The position numbers were made by a program, and so were the translations under genes. A stretch of 63,354 bases of DNA, the filler included, from Stramenopiles sp. TOSAG23-3 (taxonomy: Eukaryota), in NCBI GenBank assembly GCA_900128585.1. It is 9 parts of 9 records of this genome, joined end to end, with 100 filler letters (N's around TTAATTAATTAA, not from the genome) between each part and the next. Parts side by side here need not be neighbours in the genome. Positions count along the whole stretch, not along the records: positions 33,728 to 44,855 come from LT642758.1; 8 more parts are not named here. One strand, written 5' to 3'. The notes beneath the pieces were generated by a model that did not search any database, was not told the DNA's origin, and saw only the letters and a list, made by a program, of their open reading frames with translations. This document shows, piece after piece, positions 33,842-44,323 of this stretch (position 1 is its first letter; each line of letters opens with the position of its first letter).

Positions 33842-34861
33842 GAAAGTCAATAGACAGTTCGAACCGTGCGTTTACAAGCGTATAACACAAGGGTTAAATT
33901 CAACGCTGCCGTTTGAAAATATTGCTAATTGAAAATGTGGGAACGACGAATGTGAACCAAGTGTTGTTCGCTCCTTTTGGTGTTTCATTCCTTCATTTGT
34001 TCCCCTCCCTATAACATTGCATGATCAATTTGATTGGATTGATAACTGATCAAAAAAGGAACGAAAGAAAGAAACCATTAATATAACGTTTTCTTCTTTC
34101 TTAATTTAAATTATAATGCAAACATTTTATACTATGTTAAAGTTACAGAATATAAACTATTGTTTGTTACAATAAATGTAAATTATGTTTTTATTAAAAT
34201 CATCATTTCTTATCGATGCCCCCCCCTCCACTTTCTTTAATTTTGTGTTGTTCTCCTGACTTCGTTATTTTAATTTAATTTACCTTTTAATTCAAATATA
34301 TAGTGATCGTATAAAATCATAAATAGTTTTGTTTTTAATAGTACAATACATTTAAATGTACATAAAACCGTACAGCATTGATACTTATTCTAATAGGAAT
34401 TCGTCCATTGTATTCTAATAGGTAAACCTATATTATTGTGGTGTATACTGTGTTAATAGTGTGTTTTGTTTTTTATTATTATATAGGTATATCATTATAA
34501 TACTACATATAATTTATACTTCTATAGAAACGATGTTTGTGTTTCTTTTTATACCGAAGAAGAAGGCAAAAGCAAAAGGGGGGGGGGGCTTGGCTTGGGG
34601 TGGGGGCTGCGGGGAGGATTGACCGACCACTGAAGAAATTAACTCAGTTAGTAATGTATTTAAACCATTAGGCCTCTCTTTCGTTGGTAAAATGTTGGTT
34701 TAAATGATTCGACAGTCGTTTGAAATAAGAACGATACAGTGCTTGTGCAATTGAAACGAAGACGTGAATAAGCAACCACGAAACGTTTGGTTGAAGCAAT
34801 TTGCTCAGACCGTTGCTTATTTGCGCTTCTCTTTGGGCAGAACAAAAGAGTACATCGGGCA

Positions 34862-35422
34862 ATGACGTTTGAGGTCAACCGCCGTGGCGTAGTAACGCGG
34901 GCGTTTGTGTCCGCGGTTATTTTTCTGAGCGTTCGGTGTACTTTGGCAAGTAATTTTAGGGGCAGGGTGGCAGCGAGTGCAGTTGGGAATAGCAAGAACC
35001 CAAACTGGGGGAGTTCGGGTGAAAAATACCCAGAACTGAAGAAAAGCGATGCCGTCTTAGAAAACGACGTCGCGGTTGGGGAGTTCCAGAAATATGATGA
35101 CCCCCGAAAGCCTCCTGGATGGATACATTTGAAGCACATGCTAACGCCTGGTTTGCCGGAAACGCCTCCACCGCCCCCACCTCAGCAGCCCCCTCCAGTC
35201 TCAACGAATAATTACAATGCAATGAACCCATATGCAGGCGGTTGGATGCCCCAGATATATCTCCGACACTCTGGTATGGGAAACGAATATAGTAATTTTG
35301 CTCAACCGTCCACGGCCCAGCTAGCCATGAACCGGGTTCCCTTTCACCCAAATGCGCAACCTTACCCAATGGCGAACGGCCATTTTTACACACTTTTGTC
35401 ATTGCAAGAAAAGAGGTCTTGA
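34862..35422 (+). CDS. Small secreted or membrane-anchored Pro-rich protein, unknown function
   Basis: ATG 34862; hydrophobic AFVSAVIFLSVRCTLA; PETPPPPPPQQPPP tract. Confidence 0.7.
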   Translation: MTFEVNRRGVVTRAFVSAVIFLSVRCTLASNFRGRVAASAVGNSKNPNWGSSGEKYPELKKSDAVLENDVAVGEFQKYDDPRKPPGWIHLKHMLTPGLPETPPPPPPQQPPPVSTNNYNAMNPYAGGWMPQIYLRHSGMGNEYSNFAQPSTAQLAMNRVPFHPNAQPYPMANGHFYTLLSLQEKRS

Positions 35423-35617
35423 ATTAAGGGGGGTTAATTGCACAGTATGACCTTTTGCCTTTTGTTATGTGTGCTCTATTTATACCGTACTGATAAATCT
35501 CTAGAAATTTAAATGATTATTACGGTTAAAACGGTTGATAATACGGACGGGTTAGAATTACACATTTTTGTGAGGTGGATTCAAGGCTACAAATAACAAT
35601 TGCCTAACGGTGCAACT

Positions 35618-36232
35618 TTATACACCTTTTTCATCTCCTTCGTATCTCACAAGCTTTTCAAGCAGCTGGTTTTTGTCTGCCTGCAGACTGGCAATTATCG
35701 CCCTAAACCTCTTTTCTTTTTTGCTGTAATCGAGGGCCATGTTTTCTAATGCGGTGTGCAGTTTAAACATTTTCGCTTTCACGAGTGAATCTTTATATGC
35801 TTTCGCCCGATTCTCAGCGTCCCGTGCCCGTTCGTTCGCCAACTGGATTGAGACATCGGCGTTCTTTTTCAGTTCTCTGACATAATCGTCTACTTCATTT
35901 TCGTTGATAAACGATAACTTTGGGGGGCTGGAGTCGTGCCTAATCTGGCCCGATTCTAGCCTAGCTAACTGTTGTCTCAACTTTTGCTCCCGCTCAAAGG
36001 CCTTCCTCAAAGCTTCCTGGCTCCTACGCTCAAGTTCTGATGCTGTATTCCGCTGCTCTTGTAGGGCCGTCTTTAACTGAGAAATTTCAAAATCTCGGGG
36101 AGAATTTACCTCATTGTTCCTAATTCTGTCTGGACTATTGGGCGAGCCTAAGGTTGCGGCCAAGTCGGCGTTCTGGTCGCGCAAGTTGTTAATATGGTCT
36201 CCTACGGGACCATGAGGTAAACGAAAGTTCAT
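35618..36232 (-). CDS. Coiled-coil protein, unknown function
   Basis: 204-aa ATG-initiated ORF with heptad pattern. Confidence 0.75.
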   Translation of the reverse strand: MNFRLPHGPVGDHINNLRDQNADLAATLGSPNSPDRIRNNEVNSPRDFEISQLKTALQEQRNTASELERRSQEALRKAFEREQKLRQQLARLESGQIRHDSSPPKLSFINENEVDDYVRELKKNADVSIQLANERARDAENRAKAYKDSLVKAKMFKLHTALENMALDYSKKEKRFRAIIASLQADKNQLLEKLVRYEGDEKGV

Positions 36233-36692
36233 TGTTCCTACGAAGAAAATCCGTTGCTATTGGGGTTCTTTATTTTGTGGGGGGGATAATGCTAAACTTG
36301 CACTGTTCGTGTAGTCGGTGCGTGCTGTTACACTGTGACTAAATATACCCCGGTGCATTACTTGCCAAGCCCGAGTTGATGACAGCAAAAGTAGTCGAAG
36401 TCAGCAAGTCCTTGTTGTCGATTGCAACAACAACAAAAAATGATGAGAAGGAGGAAGGTGGTGTGGTTTTGGTTTGGTGATATTGTGTGTATGATGGTTC
36501 GGTTGGATTTTTTCAACAAGGTTTTATTAAAGAAGAAGATGAAGCATTGTATTGTATTGTATTGTCCTGCTGTGATGGTGGTGTGCGTTTTAAATACCAC
36601 ACTGCACTACTAGACTGAAAAAAATTTGAAACATTTGTTTATTTATAAATAATACATTATTACACCCTCATACGACTAGGTATTTAATATGA

Positions 36693-36760
36693 TACAAAGT
36701 TCACCCTTTTGTTACCTTGGTATTACTACAAAGTACACCCTTTTGTAACCTTGGTATTAC
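36693..36760. repeat. 34-bp tandem duplication abutting the kinesin-like stop codon
   Basis: TACAAAGTTCACCCTTTTGTTACCTTGGTATTAC then TACAAAGTACACCCTTTTGTAACCTTGGTATTAC (2 mismatches). Confidence 0.95.
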
Positions 36761-38931
36761 TAAAAAAAGGCAACCGCAGTATTATTTTTTTCATTTTTTG
36801 TGTTTTGTTGGGTCGCAGAAGGCGGGTAAATTATTGTTTGAGATCCAACGCCCCCAAAATACATGCGAGAAGATTTGTCCAGGCATATATCATTTGCCGG
36901 CGGTGTACCGATTGTCCCACTCTGGGCGAGCCTTCTGGCTTCGATTAGTTTAGAGGGAGAATTCAACATTTGGGATAGTCGCATGGGTTTCGCCAAGATT
37001 GGCAACATGGGGCATTTTTCCCGAAGCGCGTCCTTTTCCGCTTTCTCCGCCTTTGCGGCTTGTAATTCTTCGTTTTTCCGCTTTGCTTTCGCTTTCTTTC
37101 TTGCCGCGCGCTTTTCCTTCTCTTTTTGCTTCTTCAATGCTCGCGCCATGCGCTGCTTTTCCATCTTCAGTCGAGCGACTTCCCTCTTTTCGGCGGCTAC
37201 TTTCTTTGCCAAACGTTCTTCCTCCGTCTCAATTGTTTTCACCTTTTCTTTCTTTTTAACAGGTTTGCGTTTCAACATACTGTTTTCATCTAGATTTGAA
37301 GCGCGATTTGCGGTGTGTATGAAGTCAACGGTTTGGCATGTGCGGAAAGTGGAGCGATAGTTAATAAGTGATGTAGATGCACAGGCTGCAAAGATAACCA
37401 TTTGGCCCGGTTGTAACGGACCAGACAAAATCTGCGTCAGGGTTGAACTGCGTATGGGGAGGACTAGCCTAGGTTTCCCTGTAGGGAACGCATTTGATCG
37501 GGCTTTTGCCAAGCATTCTCGTAGTGAGAGTAAATTATAAAGTTCGGTAGAATCCCATTCCCCACTGTCACTATCGTCGCATTTCACAAAAAACAGTTTC
37601 CCTTTCCTTTCCAACCCCTCGGGCAAACGATCCCCCCGGGCGTCCCAGCGATCGCTTATCCCGCCGATTGTGCATTGCACCAGGAATATCATTGAGCTGT
37701 GAGGCATATACAAAGAACGGGATAATTGCACTGCAGAGTAACACGTGTTCATACAGCTCTCGAAGTCGCGACACCTCAACGTAACCAAATCTTCAGGCCA
37801 AAATGTCTCCTCTTTGGGGTTCCAACGCATTGATTTTGGTTCTGCTGGGTTTAGCCCTAGCATGTCGTACGCGCACGGGTCATCCTCGCACACTGTCACA
37901 ACTGATAGGTATACCTCTATCGCCGTTTGCTCTTGAATTAGACGGCGATTGGCCTCTCTATATATGTACCGAATAGATCTTGGGAACATCCCGTCTGTGT
38001 CATCGCCGTCGGGTATGTTTTTTGTTGCTTTCATAGTTGCCATGGCAGTGGGGTCGCCAGGAAAATTCGTGAACATTGATGACGGAACACTACTTGCCAC
38101 GGACTGCCTTGATGCGGGGCGAGTCATATTTGTTCCCCTTGAAAGGGGTCGCTCCGTCCCTTGGGTTTGTGCTGTCCCCGGCCTCGATTGTGCTGTTCCT
38201 GGCCTGGACACTATCCCTACGCTCTCTTCTTCAATACCCTCCAGTTCCGCTTGGACGTTCGTGCCCCAATTTTCCCAAAATTCTGGCCCAAACATAGTGT
38301 ATTTTTTTCCCGATCCGCGTGCACCATGCACGATGAAAGAGCCGCAGCCCCCAGACAAAAAACTGCGTAATATTGGAGGCAGAAAACATTCATAAAACCG
38401 AGTTTGGTCGACGTAACTGCCGTACACGCCCTGCATGCTAAACCGTGTGTATTTTTCAGCCCTCCCGTTGTCTATGTTAGGCATCAACACTTCTAGTCCA
38501 TCTTCGTCGAAATGCGGGATCTCCCCGTCTCCACGAACCTCGCCTTCTTCGCCTTCTTCTTCTTCCCATAAGAGAGGGCGAAATCTGCACACTGCCCGGA
38601 CGTGTAAGTTATGGTTTCCGGAGCACGAAAATATCCGCTTCGTCTCTTCCTGTTTCCCCCAAAAATTGCGCCCGAACTCGTCCTTTTTATCTCTAACTAG
38701 CTCTACCCTGATGCGACGCCGATAACGTTCCAATTGAGCTTCCGAAGGATATCCTGTTCCACGTATTTTACGGGAAACTCCATTGTTATTGCATTTTTTT
38801 TCTGGGGCACCCCTTTCCGTTTTGCCTTCCTGCTCTTTGGGAGAAGAGGGTCTGCTAGTCTCTTCCATTCCTTTTGCAGTTGTGTTCGATACGCTCTCCT
38901 CGGCTAGTGGGTTACCCCTGGAGAAGGACAT
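36760..38931 (-). CDS. Highly divergent kinesin motor-domain protein with K/E/A-rich coiled tail
   Basis: Kinesin elements in order: VRAVCRFRPL, Q..FY, HGARGSGKKYTMFG, GMFPRSIRYIY, VYLSVV, GKLFFVK, NLLSLRECL, PIRSSTLTQIL. First ATG at 38931. Confidence 0.8.
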   Translation of the reverse strand: MSFSRGNPLAEESVSNTTAKGMEETSRPSSPKEQEGKTERGAPEKKCNNNGVSRKIRGTGYPSEAQLERYRRRIRVELVRDKKDEFGRNFWGKQEETKRIFSCSGNHNLHVRAVCRFRPLLWEEEEGEEGEVRGDGEIPHFDEDGLEVLMPNIDNGRAEKYTRFSMQGVYGSYVDQTRFYECFLPPILRSFLSGGCGSFIVHGARGSGKKYTMFGPEFWENWGTNVQAELEGIEEESVGIVSRPGTAQSRPGTAQTQGTERPLSRGTNMTRPASRQSVASSVPSSMFTNFPGDPTAMATMKATKNIPDGDDTDGMFPRSIRYIYREANRRLIQEQTAIEVYLSVVTVCEDDPCAYDMLGLNPAEPKSMRWNPKEETFWPEDLVTLRCRDFESCMNTCYSAVQLSRSLYMPHSSMIFLVQCTIGGISDRWDARGDRLPEGLERKGKLFFVKCDDSDSGEWDSTELYNLLSLRECLAKARSNAFPTGKPRLVLPIRSSTLTQILSGPLQPGQMVIFAACASTSLINYRSTFRTCQTVDFIHTANRASNLDENSMLKRKPVKKKEKVKTIETEEERLAKKVAAEKREVARLKMEKQRMARALKKQKEKEKRAARKKAKAKRKNEELQAAKAEKAEKDALREKCPMLPILAKPMRLSQMLNSPSKLIEARRLAQSGTIGTPPANDICLDKSSRMYFGGVGSQTIIYPPSATQQNTKNEKNNTAVAFF

Positions 38932-39686
38932 TTGCTGAATCTCAAACAAAATGGATAGGCTGGGATCAATAGAACGACCAACGTCGCGAAGAAAGTTCTG
39001 GTCCAGCAAACGAGAAGCAGTGCGTTGTTTACTACCACTTTTTTTTGCATAATATAATATTATAACTATAATGTCAATATATTATAATATAATAATAATA
39101 ATAAATAATGATAATAATAATAATTATAATAACATTGCCACAGCAAACAAACAATAACGGTTGCGAACGGATCATCAAAAAAATCATCGATCATCGTTTG
39201 ATGAGAAGAGAATGCACAGAATACTGCACAGCATGCCAGGACGGACTGCTCGCTGCTCGCTAGGTCAACTTTAAAATATTTACTACGGTGGGTTCATACT
39301 ATTATACATACATACACAATATAATGTTATTATAGGGATGAGGGAATATAAAATATAAACACAGCATTAAATAAGTAGTTGGTAAAAAATGTACCAGGTA
39401 CCGTACTGAACGAATAACAGCCAATTTGTTTTTGGTTTATTATTAATTATTATTATTAATTATTATGGATGGGGTTTCAGAAATGACGCACCACCAGTCG
39501 GCTAAACCCAATGCAACTGATGGATACACTGTTTAATATTGACCGTAGAATTTAGTAGAGACTACTATTGGCGGCGCCCCGGCAAAACATCTGAACGCTG
39601 CTACGCATTGACACTAAGGAAAGAACCCGCTGTACAAGATTTCTCGAGGGCAGAGGCTGTAGACAGGAGATTGCTACGCAACAGCG

Positions 39687-42236
39687 ATGAGCCAGCCCAA
39701 AGGCTCCAGCAAAGTGGTTCCGGCGGAGATCGTCGATCAAGAAGCGGGGCCCCCACGCCGCACTGACAACCTTCGCCGCACTAGCACCCTTAGCATCCTC
39801 AAGTCGGGGAGCATCTCCAAATCAGAGGCGGAAAACGCCAGCAAGCGATTTGCAGGCAAACACTTCAGAATATTATTTGCGCAACAAGCAGGATCCATGT
39901 TCGCGACCATAGCCGTCTCCTCATACCTATATAACTACAACTTGAGCGACTCTGGCTGGAGCGGAGTTACATCGGTGTCGGGTTTTTGTTGTTTGCCCGT
40001 ATACTTTCTGATTGCTTGGAACAATTTTGATTGGGCCATTTTTAGGAGGCTTTGGCAAGAACTTAGTACGTTTCTGCCAGTCTTATTCGCGGGGTTAAAC
40101 TGGTTAGTGGACGTCCTCACACCTACCGATGATTTCTCGCCATTTTTTGGATTTGTTGTGTTTTATTTAACCTGTGTAGTGGTAACCATGGACTGCATCC
40201 GTGTAATAAAGCGCTCAACCATTCTCTTTTTGTTTGGCCTTTTTGCATTTTTAATGCTGTCTAATATCGTGGGGAATCTAGGCGTTGATAAATCAGCCGA
40301 TAAGAAAGTATTTACATTTGCAGGGCACATACAGTACAAATCAAAAGTAAAAAGAAGTCTTTTTTCACAAATATTCACGTTGACATTGGCAGGATTGTGG
40401 CAAGCAATCAAAGATTGGAAGGCAAAGATTGGAAAGGATCCTTCATCTTGGCTATATCACGCTATGAAAAAAGCACCCGAATGCTTGAGGGTAGGAAAAA
40501 CGACAGAAGCAGAAGACAAAAAGAAGAAGTACCCTCATGGGCCATACCTTCTACATACGCTAGAGCCAATAAAAGAAGGCCGGGTTGCAGGAGCACGAAT
40601 CAGGATAACGTATAAATCAGAGGGGGGGGGGCAGGTCTTCGAGGGGGTATTGGCCTACAATATGAAGAAAAAGACAGATATAGCGACCGTCATGTTAGAC
40701 CAGCGTATACAACCTTTTGCTGGCTGCTGTATGATATTTACTCCGTTAGCAGAAATAGTATTTGAGAAAGCAGGAGAGATCAAAGATCTAGAGTCTGGTC
40801 TGGCAGAGATGCGCAAGAGAAGGGAATACGCGGAGTTCAATGAAGAAGAAATATTACACATCGAAAATTTCAGATGGATCAACGAGAAAGAGCATTTTCT
40901 GTTCATCACCAGAAGGAAACGCCAGACAGGAAAAGCGAAAAAAAAGGGCAAAGCTAAGAAAGGTCGGGAAAGGTCGGAAACGGTCTTATTTGTGGCGACA
41001 GGCGAAGGAAATAACACGCCAGAGTTAAAATACATAATTGACGAAAACAAGGACGAAAACTTCGAAGCAAACACTGAAGTTGGTAAAAAATTACCGCCTG
41101 ACACTAGAATCAGGCCGCTCTTTAAACCTGGGAAGGGTGTCATCCAAATATCACATGGGTGGTTATGGAATAAAAAAGTCTATCGTGCAAATCTAGAAGT
41201 TGATGGAAGTATTCGATTTAACGAAACCGCAAACGCTAAAGAGGCCGATAAACTGTGGGAGAACCCACAAGTGTTTGCAGAGTACATCTATAAACAGCAT
41301 TACCATGACGGAATGGTCGACAAAGCAGTTAGTCACCATAGAGTAGATGCGCACAAACATATAGTCTACGTCGAGGAAATTGTTGCCAAAGACCGTTGCT
41401 TCCGGAGGGCGAGAAAATTGGGGGACTATATATCTAAAACGGTGCCGGAACCGCATCAAATCACAATAGGGACGGAAGCAACTGCCTTTTGCGGTACAAT
41501 AGCCGCCTGTCTCTATGTGATTAATTCCATTATTTTCAAAGATAGGTCAGAGACTCTGAATCAGATCACCCAAATCTGTGGACTGTCTTCCATCGTCATT
41601 TTCTACATGACAAACATTATCATATGCTCGAACGGGAGATGGGTATGCTGCCGGAAACCCAACATCGATTACACGCAAAGCTACCAATACGAGATATCTA
41701 ATGTCAAATGGGACAGCGTGAAGTTGTTGTGTAGAGAATTGAAGGTGGTTATTGTCATGTTATGCGCCCTCTTGAATTGGATCATTGATATCATGAGACC
41801 AGCGACAAAATTTTCGCCGATAAACGGTTTCGTTTTCATGTTCATAGTGTGGATGTTTATTTTTTTCGATGCATGCAAATACAGGAGCAACACAACCGTG
41901 ATGGTTGTTGGTATGATATTTAGCGCCGTCTTGCTGAACAATTTGATAGGCAACGTTTTTGCAGGTGACGACGAAGGCGTGGTTGTTTTCTATTACCAAG
42001 GGCAGCCATTGTATAAGAGATCTTTGAAGTATAATTTTTATCAGCAAATCTTTATCTTAGGCCAAAGCGGCTTTAGGAACGCGTTCCTGAATTTGCGCCA
42101 CGGTAGGAGTGACTCTTTGTTTACGACTGAGGTGGTCAAAAAACATACCGAACACCGGCTGCATGTAATCGACGTTAAAAGAAAATGGCGGGGGGATATA
42201 CTAAGAACTAAAAAAAAAAAAACTCTTTTGGAATAA
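39687..42236 (+). CDS. Multi-pass membrane protein with two homologous TM modules and a central soluble region containing a RAMA-like domain
   Basis: 849-aa ORF; internal repeat NWLVDVLTPTDDFSPFFGFV / NWIIDIMRPATKFSPINGFV and KSKVKRSLFSQIF / KRSLKYNFYQQIF; central LFKPGKGVIQI...YRANLEVDGSIRF...WENPQVFA. Confidence 0.8.
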   Translation: MSQPKGSSKVVPAEIVDQEAGPPRRTDNLRRTSTLSILKSGSISKSEAENASKRFAGKHFRILFAQQAGSMFATIAVSSYLYNYNLSDSGWSGVTSVSGFCCLPVYFLIAWNNFDWAIFRRLWQELSTFLPVLFAGLNWLVDVLTPTDDFSPFFGFVVFYLTCVVVTMDCIRVIKRSTILFLFGLFAFLMLSNIVGNLGVDKSADKKVFTFAGHIQYKSKVKRSLFSQIFTLTLAGLWQAIKDWKAKIGKDPSSWLYHAMKKAPECLRVGKTTEAEDKKKKYPHGPYLLHTLEPIKEGRVAGARIRITYKSEGGGQVFEGVLAYNMKKKTDIATVMLDQRIQPFAGCCMIFTPLAEIVFEKAGEIKDLESGLAEMRKRREYAEFNEEEILHIENFRWINEKEHFLFITRRKRQTGKAKKKGKAKKGRERSETVLFVATGEGNNTPELKYIIDENKDENFEANTEVGKKLPPDTRIRPLFKPGKGVIQISHGWLWNKKVYRANLEVDGSIRFNETANAKEADKLWENPQVFAEYIYKQHYHDGMVDKAVSHHRVDAHKHIVYVEEIVAKDRCFRRARKLGDYISKTVPEPHQITIGTEATAFCGTIAACLYVINSIIFKDRSETLNQITQICGLSSIVIFYMTNIIICSNGRWVCCRKPNIDYTQSYQYEISNVKWDSVKLLCRELKVVIVMLCALLNWIIDIMRPATKFSPINGFVFMFIVWMFIFFDACKYRSNTTVMVVGMIFSAVLLNNLIGNVFAGDDEGVVVFYYQGQPLYKRSLKYNFYQQIFILGQSGFRNAFLNLRHGRSDSLFTTEVVKKHTEHRLHVIDVKRKWRGDILRTKKKKTLLE

Positions 42237-42667
42237 ACAGCAGCTTTAAAAACTTTTGTTTTTCACAATTAAAACAAGAAAATTGGCTGTTATTTAAGTA
42301 ATTAAAATTAATGTACTGCGAACTGAACTCTAGATTCTGTAGTTTTGTTTCATTATTGGTTGTCAATCACCGAGGGGATGATATAATTTCCAATAAACAA
42401 TTTACTTCGTACTTTTTCGTAAGTTAATAAATTTACGAAGTAAATTAAACTGAATGATTTAAAACAATATATATTTTTTAATTTTAAAGAATGATTACAA
42501 TGGTTCATTTTTTTAATTATTAGCTAAAAAAGTTTTATGATAAAAAGGAGAATCGATTCTCTCTATTCCAAATGAAGAAACCCAGGGGTGCCTGAACCAT
42601 GCATTTCATTGAACCCATGCGCTAATTAAATGTAAATTGTGGGACAATGAACATCGAATTTGTGTAC

Positions 42668-44323
42668 TTACTGCAAAGAGGGGTTCATCAGAAGGTCTTT
42701 CAAGACTGGAAACAACGGGGTCCCAACGCCTGTCACTGGATCCCAACCTTCTGTTGCCTGGAAGCCTGTTGGGCAACCGGATGCCTTGTTGTTGCCAGTG
42801 AGAACGTCGAAGCCGACATTGTGCCCATAGATTAACGGGTTGATGAATCCAACGGGGGGTTTTCCTTGCTCTGCTAGTTTGTCGTTGATCACGGACACCA
42901 TTCCTGCCACCGTTGGGGTTGCTGCAGACGTCCCAGTCAACGTACCAGCACCGTCACACCCACCACTGCAAATGAGAAAGTTCGTTGCAACGGCGGAAAT
43001 GTCGGGGGTTGCCCTTCCGTCTGCACTATAATATTTTGCGTTCGGTAAGGTTACTTTAGAGCTGTTCAGGTAGCCGTCTACGGTCTTTTCTTGGTACGAA
43101 GGCCGTTTGAAGAAAGCAGAAAACCCGCCGCCGCTGAGGCTCCACCCGTTTTCGACGTGACTGCCGGAATCAATGTACGTCCCTCCAACCGCAGTCAGGA
43201 ATGGGCTGGAGGCAGGCCACGTCGGGTCAAATTTTTTGCATGCCCAGAACCCTTGCTTGTTTGTGCCTTGATCGCCGGAGGCTGCAAAAATAGAAGTCCC
43301 CATCGTCCCAAGTTTCTGAAAACAGGCTGATGCCGCGTCCATATGATCTGCCGGGTAAGCGCTTTCGCCACTCCCCCAGGAAATGGAAACAACGGTCGGG
43401 ACAGGCTTCATGGCAAGTACTTTGTTGCAAAACGACAACATGTCAAACGCATCTTGCGCAACAAAAAATGATTTTACGCCGCGCCCCGAGGCGGTAATGT
43501 ACTGTGTGTCTAAGCTAGCCTCGCCAAAATAGCCCCCTTTGTTTGGGCCATTCACCCCAATAATAACTGGGGGTAGGCCAAACTTCTTTTGAAAGTCGGA
43601 AACATCAGAGGGGCGGAACTCGGCTTGTTCAAATGCTGCGACAGCTTGCGACAGACTTCCAGTCTTTCCACCGACGTCATTTTCTGTCATGTTGTACTGC
43701 TTGAATATAACTGGGGGAGTAACCTGCACACCAGGGTCACCATTAGAGTTTGAACCATCGATTTGCCGCACAAGGGTTCGGGTAAGAGGGAGGATCTCAA
43801 CCACGCCAAAGATGCCACGAACGTACTCTTTCAAGTGGCTGGGGACGATCGTGGACGGGGTCACGCTTTCTGCCAGACTCGCCCTTACAACGGTGAAAGA
43901 CTTTAACTTTGTGTGCCGCATCTTTATCATCTTCACCCCAAACGCGTTTGCGACATGGCCTGCTGTCGTCTTGATCTCGATCAAGTCACCATGCTGGTTC
44001 TTCGTTACCCCCGCGCCTTCACCAAAAACCTCCTTCGTCCACCGCAAGACTTTCGTCAGACCAGCGGCGGAAGGCGCCACCAGCTCGGCCACATCTTCGT
44101 GGCGAAGGTACTTACGAAATTGTTCGTTCCCCGGGTTTGATATTCGCATAAGGGCATTTTCCAGCGCGCTTTCGTTTTCAGGGAAGAACGATATTGTTAT
44201 TGTTACTGGGACACTGCCGTTCACGTTGCTGGAACTAACAGGCTCGTACTCGGAGGCATACTTAGGGGCTGCGCCCGAAGCGAAAACTGCAAGGGCCAAA
44301 ACGCCTAAGAGACTATGCATCAT
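42668..44323 (-). CDS. Sedolisin/tripeptidyl-peptidase I-like serine carboxyl protease (S53)
   Basis: Signal peptide, pro-domain (ISNPGNEQFRKYL), EASLDTQY, SISWG, ASGDQG, GTSAATP, GWDPVTGVGTP. Confidence 0.95.
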   Translation of the reverse strand: MMHSLLGVLALAVFASGAAPKYASEYEPVSSSNVNGSVPVTITISFFPENESALENALMRISNPGNEQFRKYLRHEDVAELVAPSAAGLTKVLRWTKEVFGEGAGVTKNQHGDLIEIKTTAGHVANAFGVKMIKMRHTKLKSFTVVRASLAESVTPSTIVPSHLKEYVRGIFGVVEILPLTRTLVRQIDGSNSNGDPGVQVTPPVIFKQYNMTENDVGGKTGSLSQAVAAFEQAEFRPSDVSDFQKKFGLPPVIIGVNGPNKGGYFGEASLDTQYITASGRGVKSFFVAQDAFDMLSFCNKVLAMKPVPTVVSISWGSGESAYPADHMDAASACFQKLGTMGTSIFAASGDQGTNKQGFWACKKFDPTWPASSPFLTAVGGTYIDSGSHVENGWSLSGGGFSAFFKRPSYQEKTVDGYLNSSKVTLPNAKYYSADGRATPDISAVATNFLICSGGCDGAGTLTGTSAATPTVAGMVSVINDKLAEQGKPPVGFINPLIYGHNVGFDVLTGNNKASGCPTGFQATEGWDPVTGVGTPLFPVLKDLLMNPSLQ

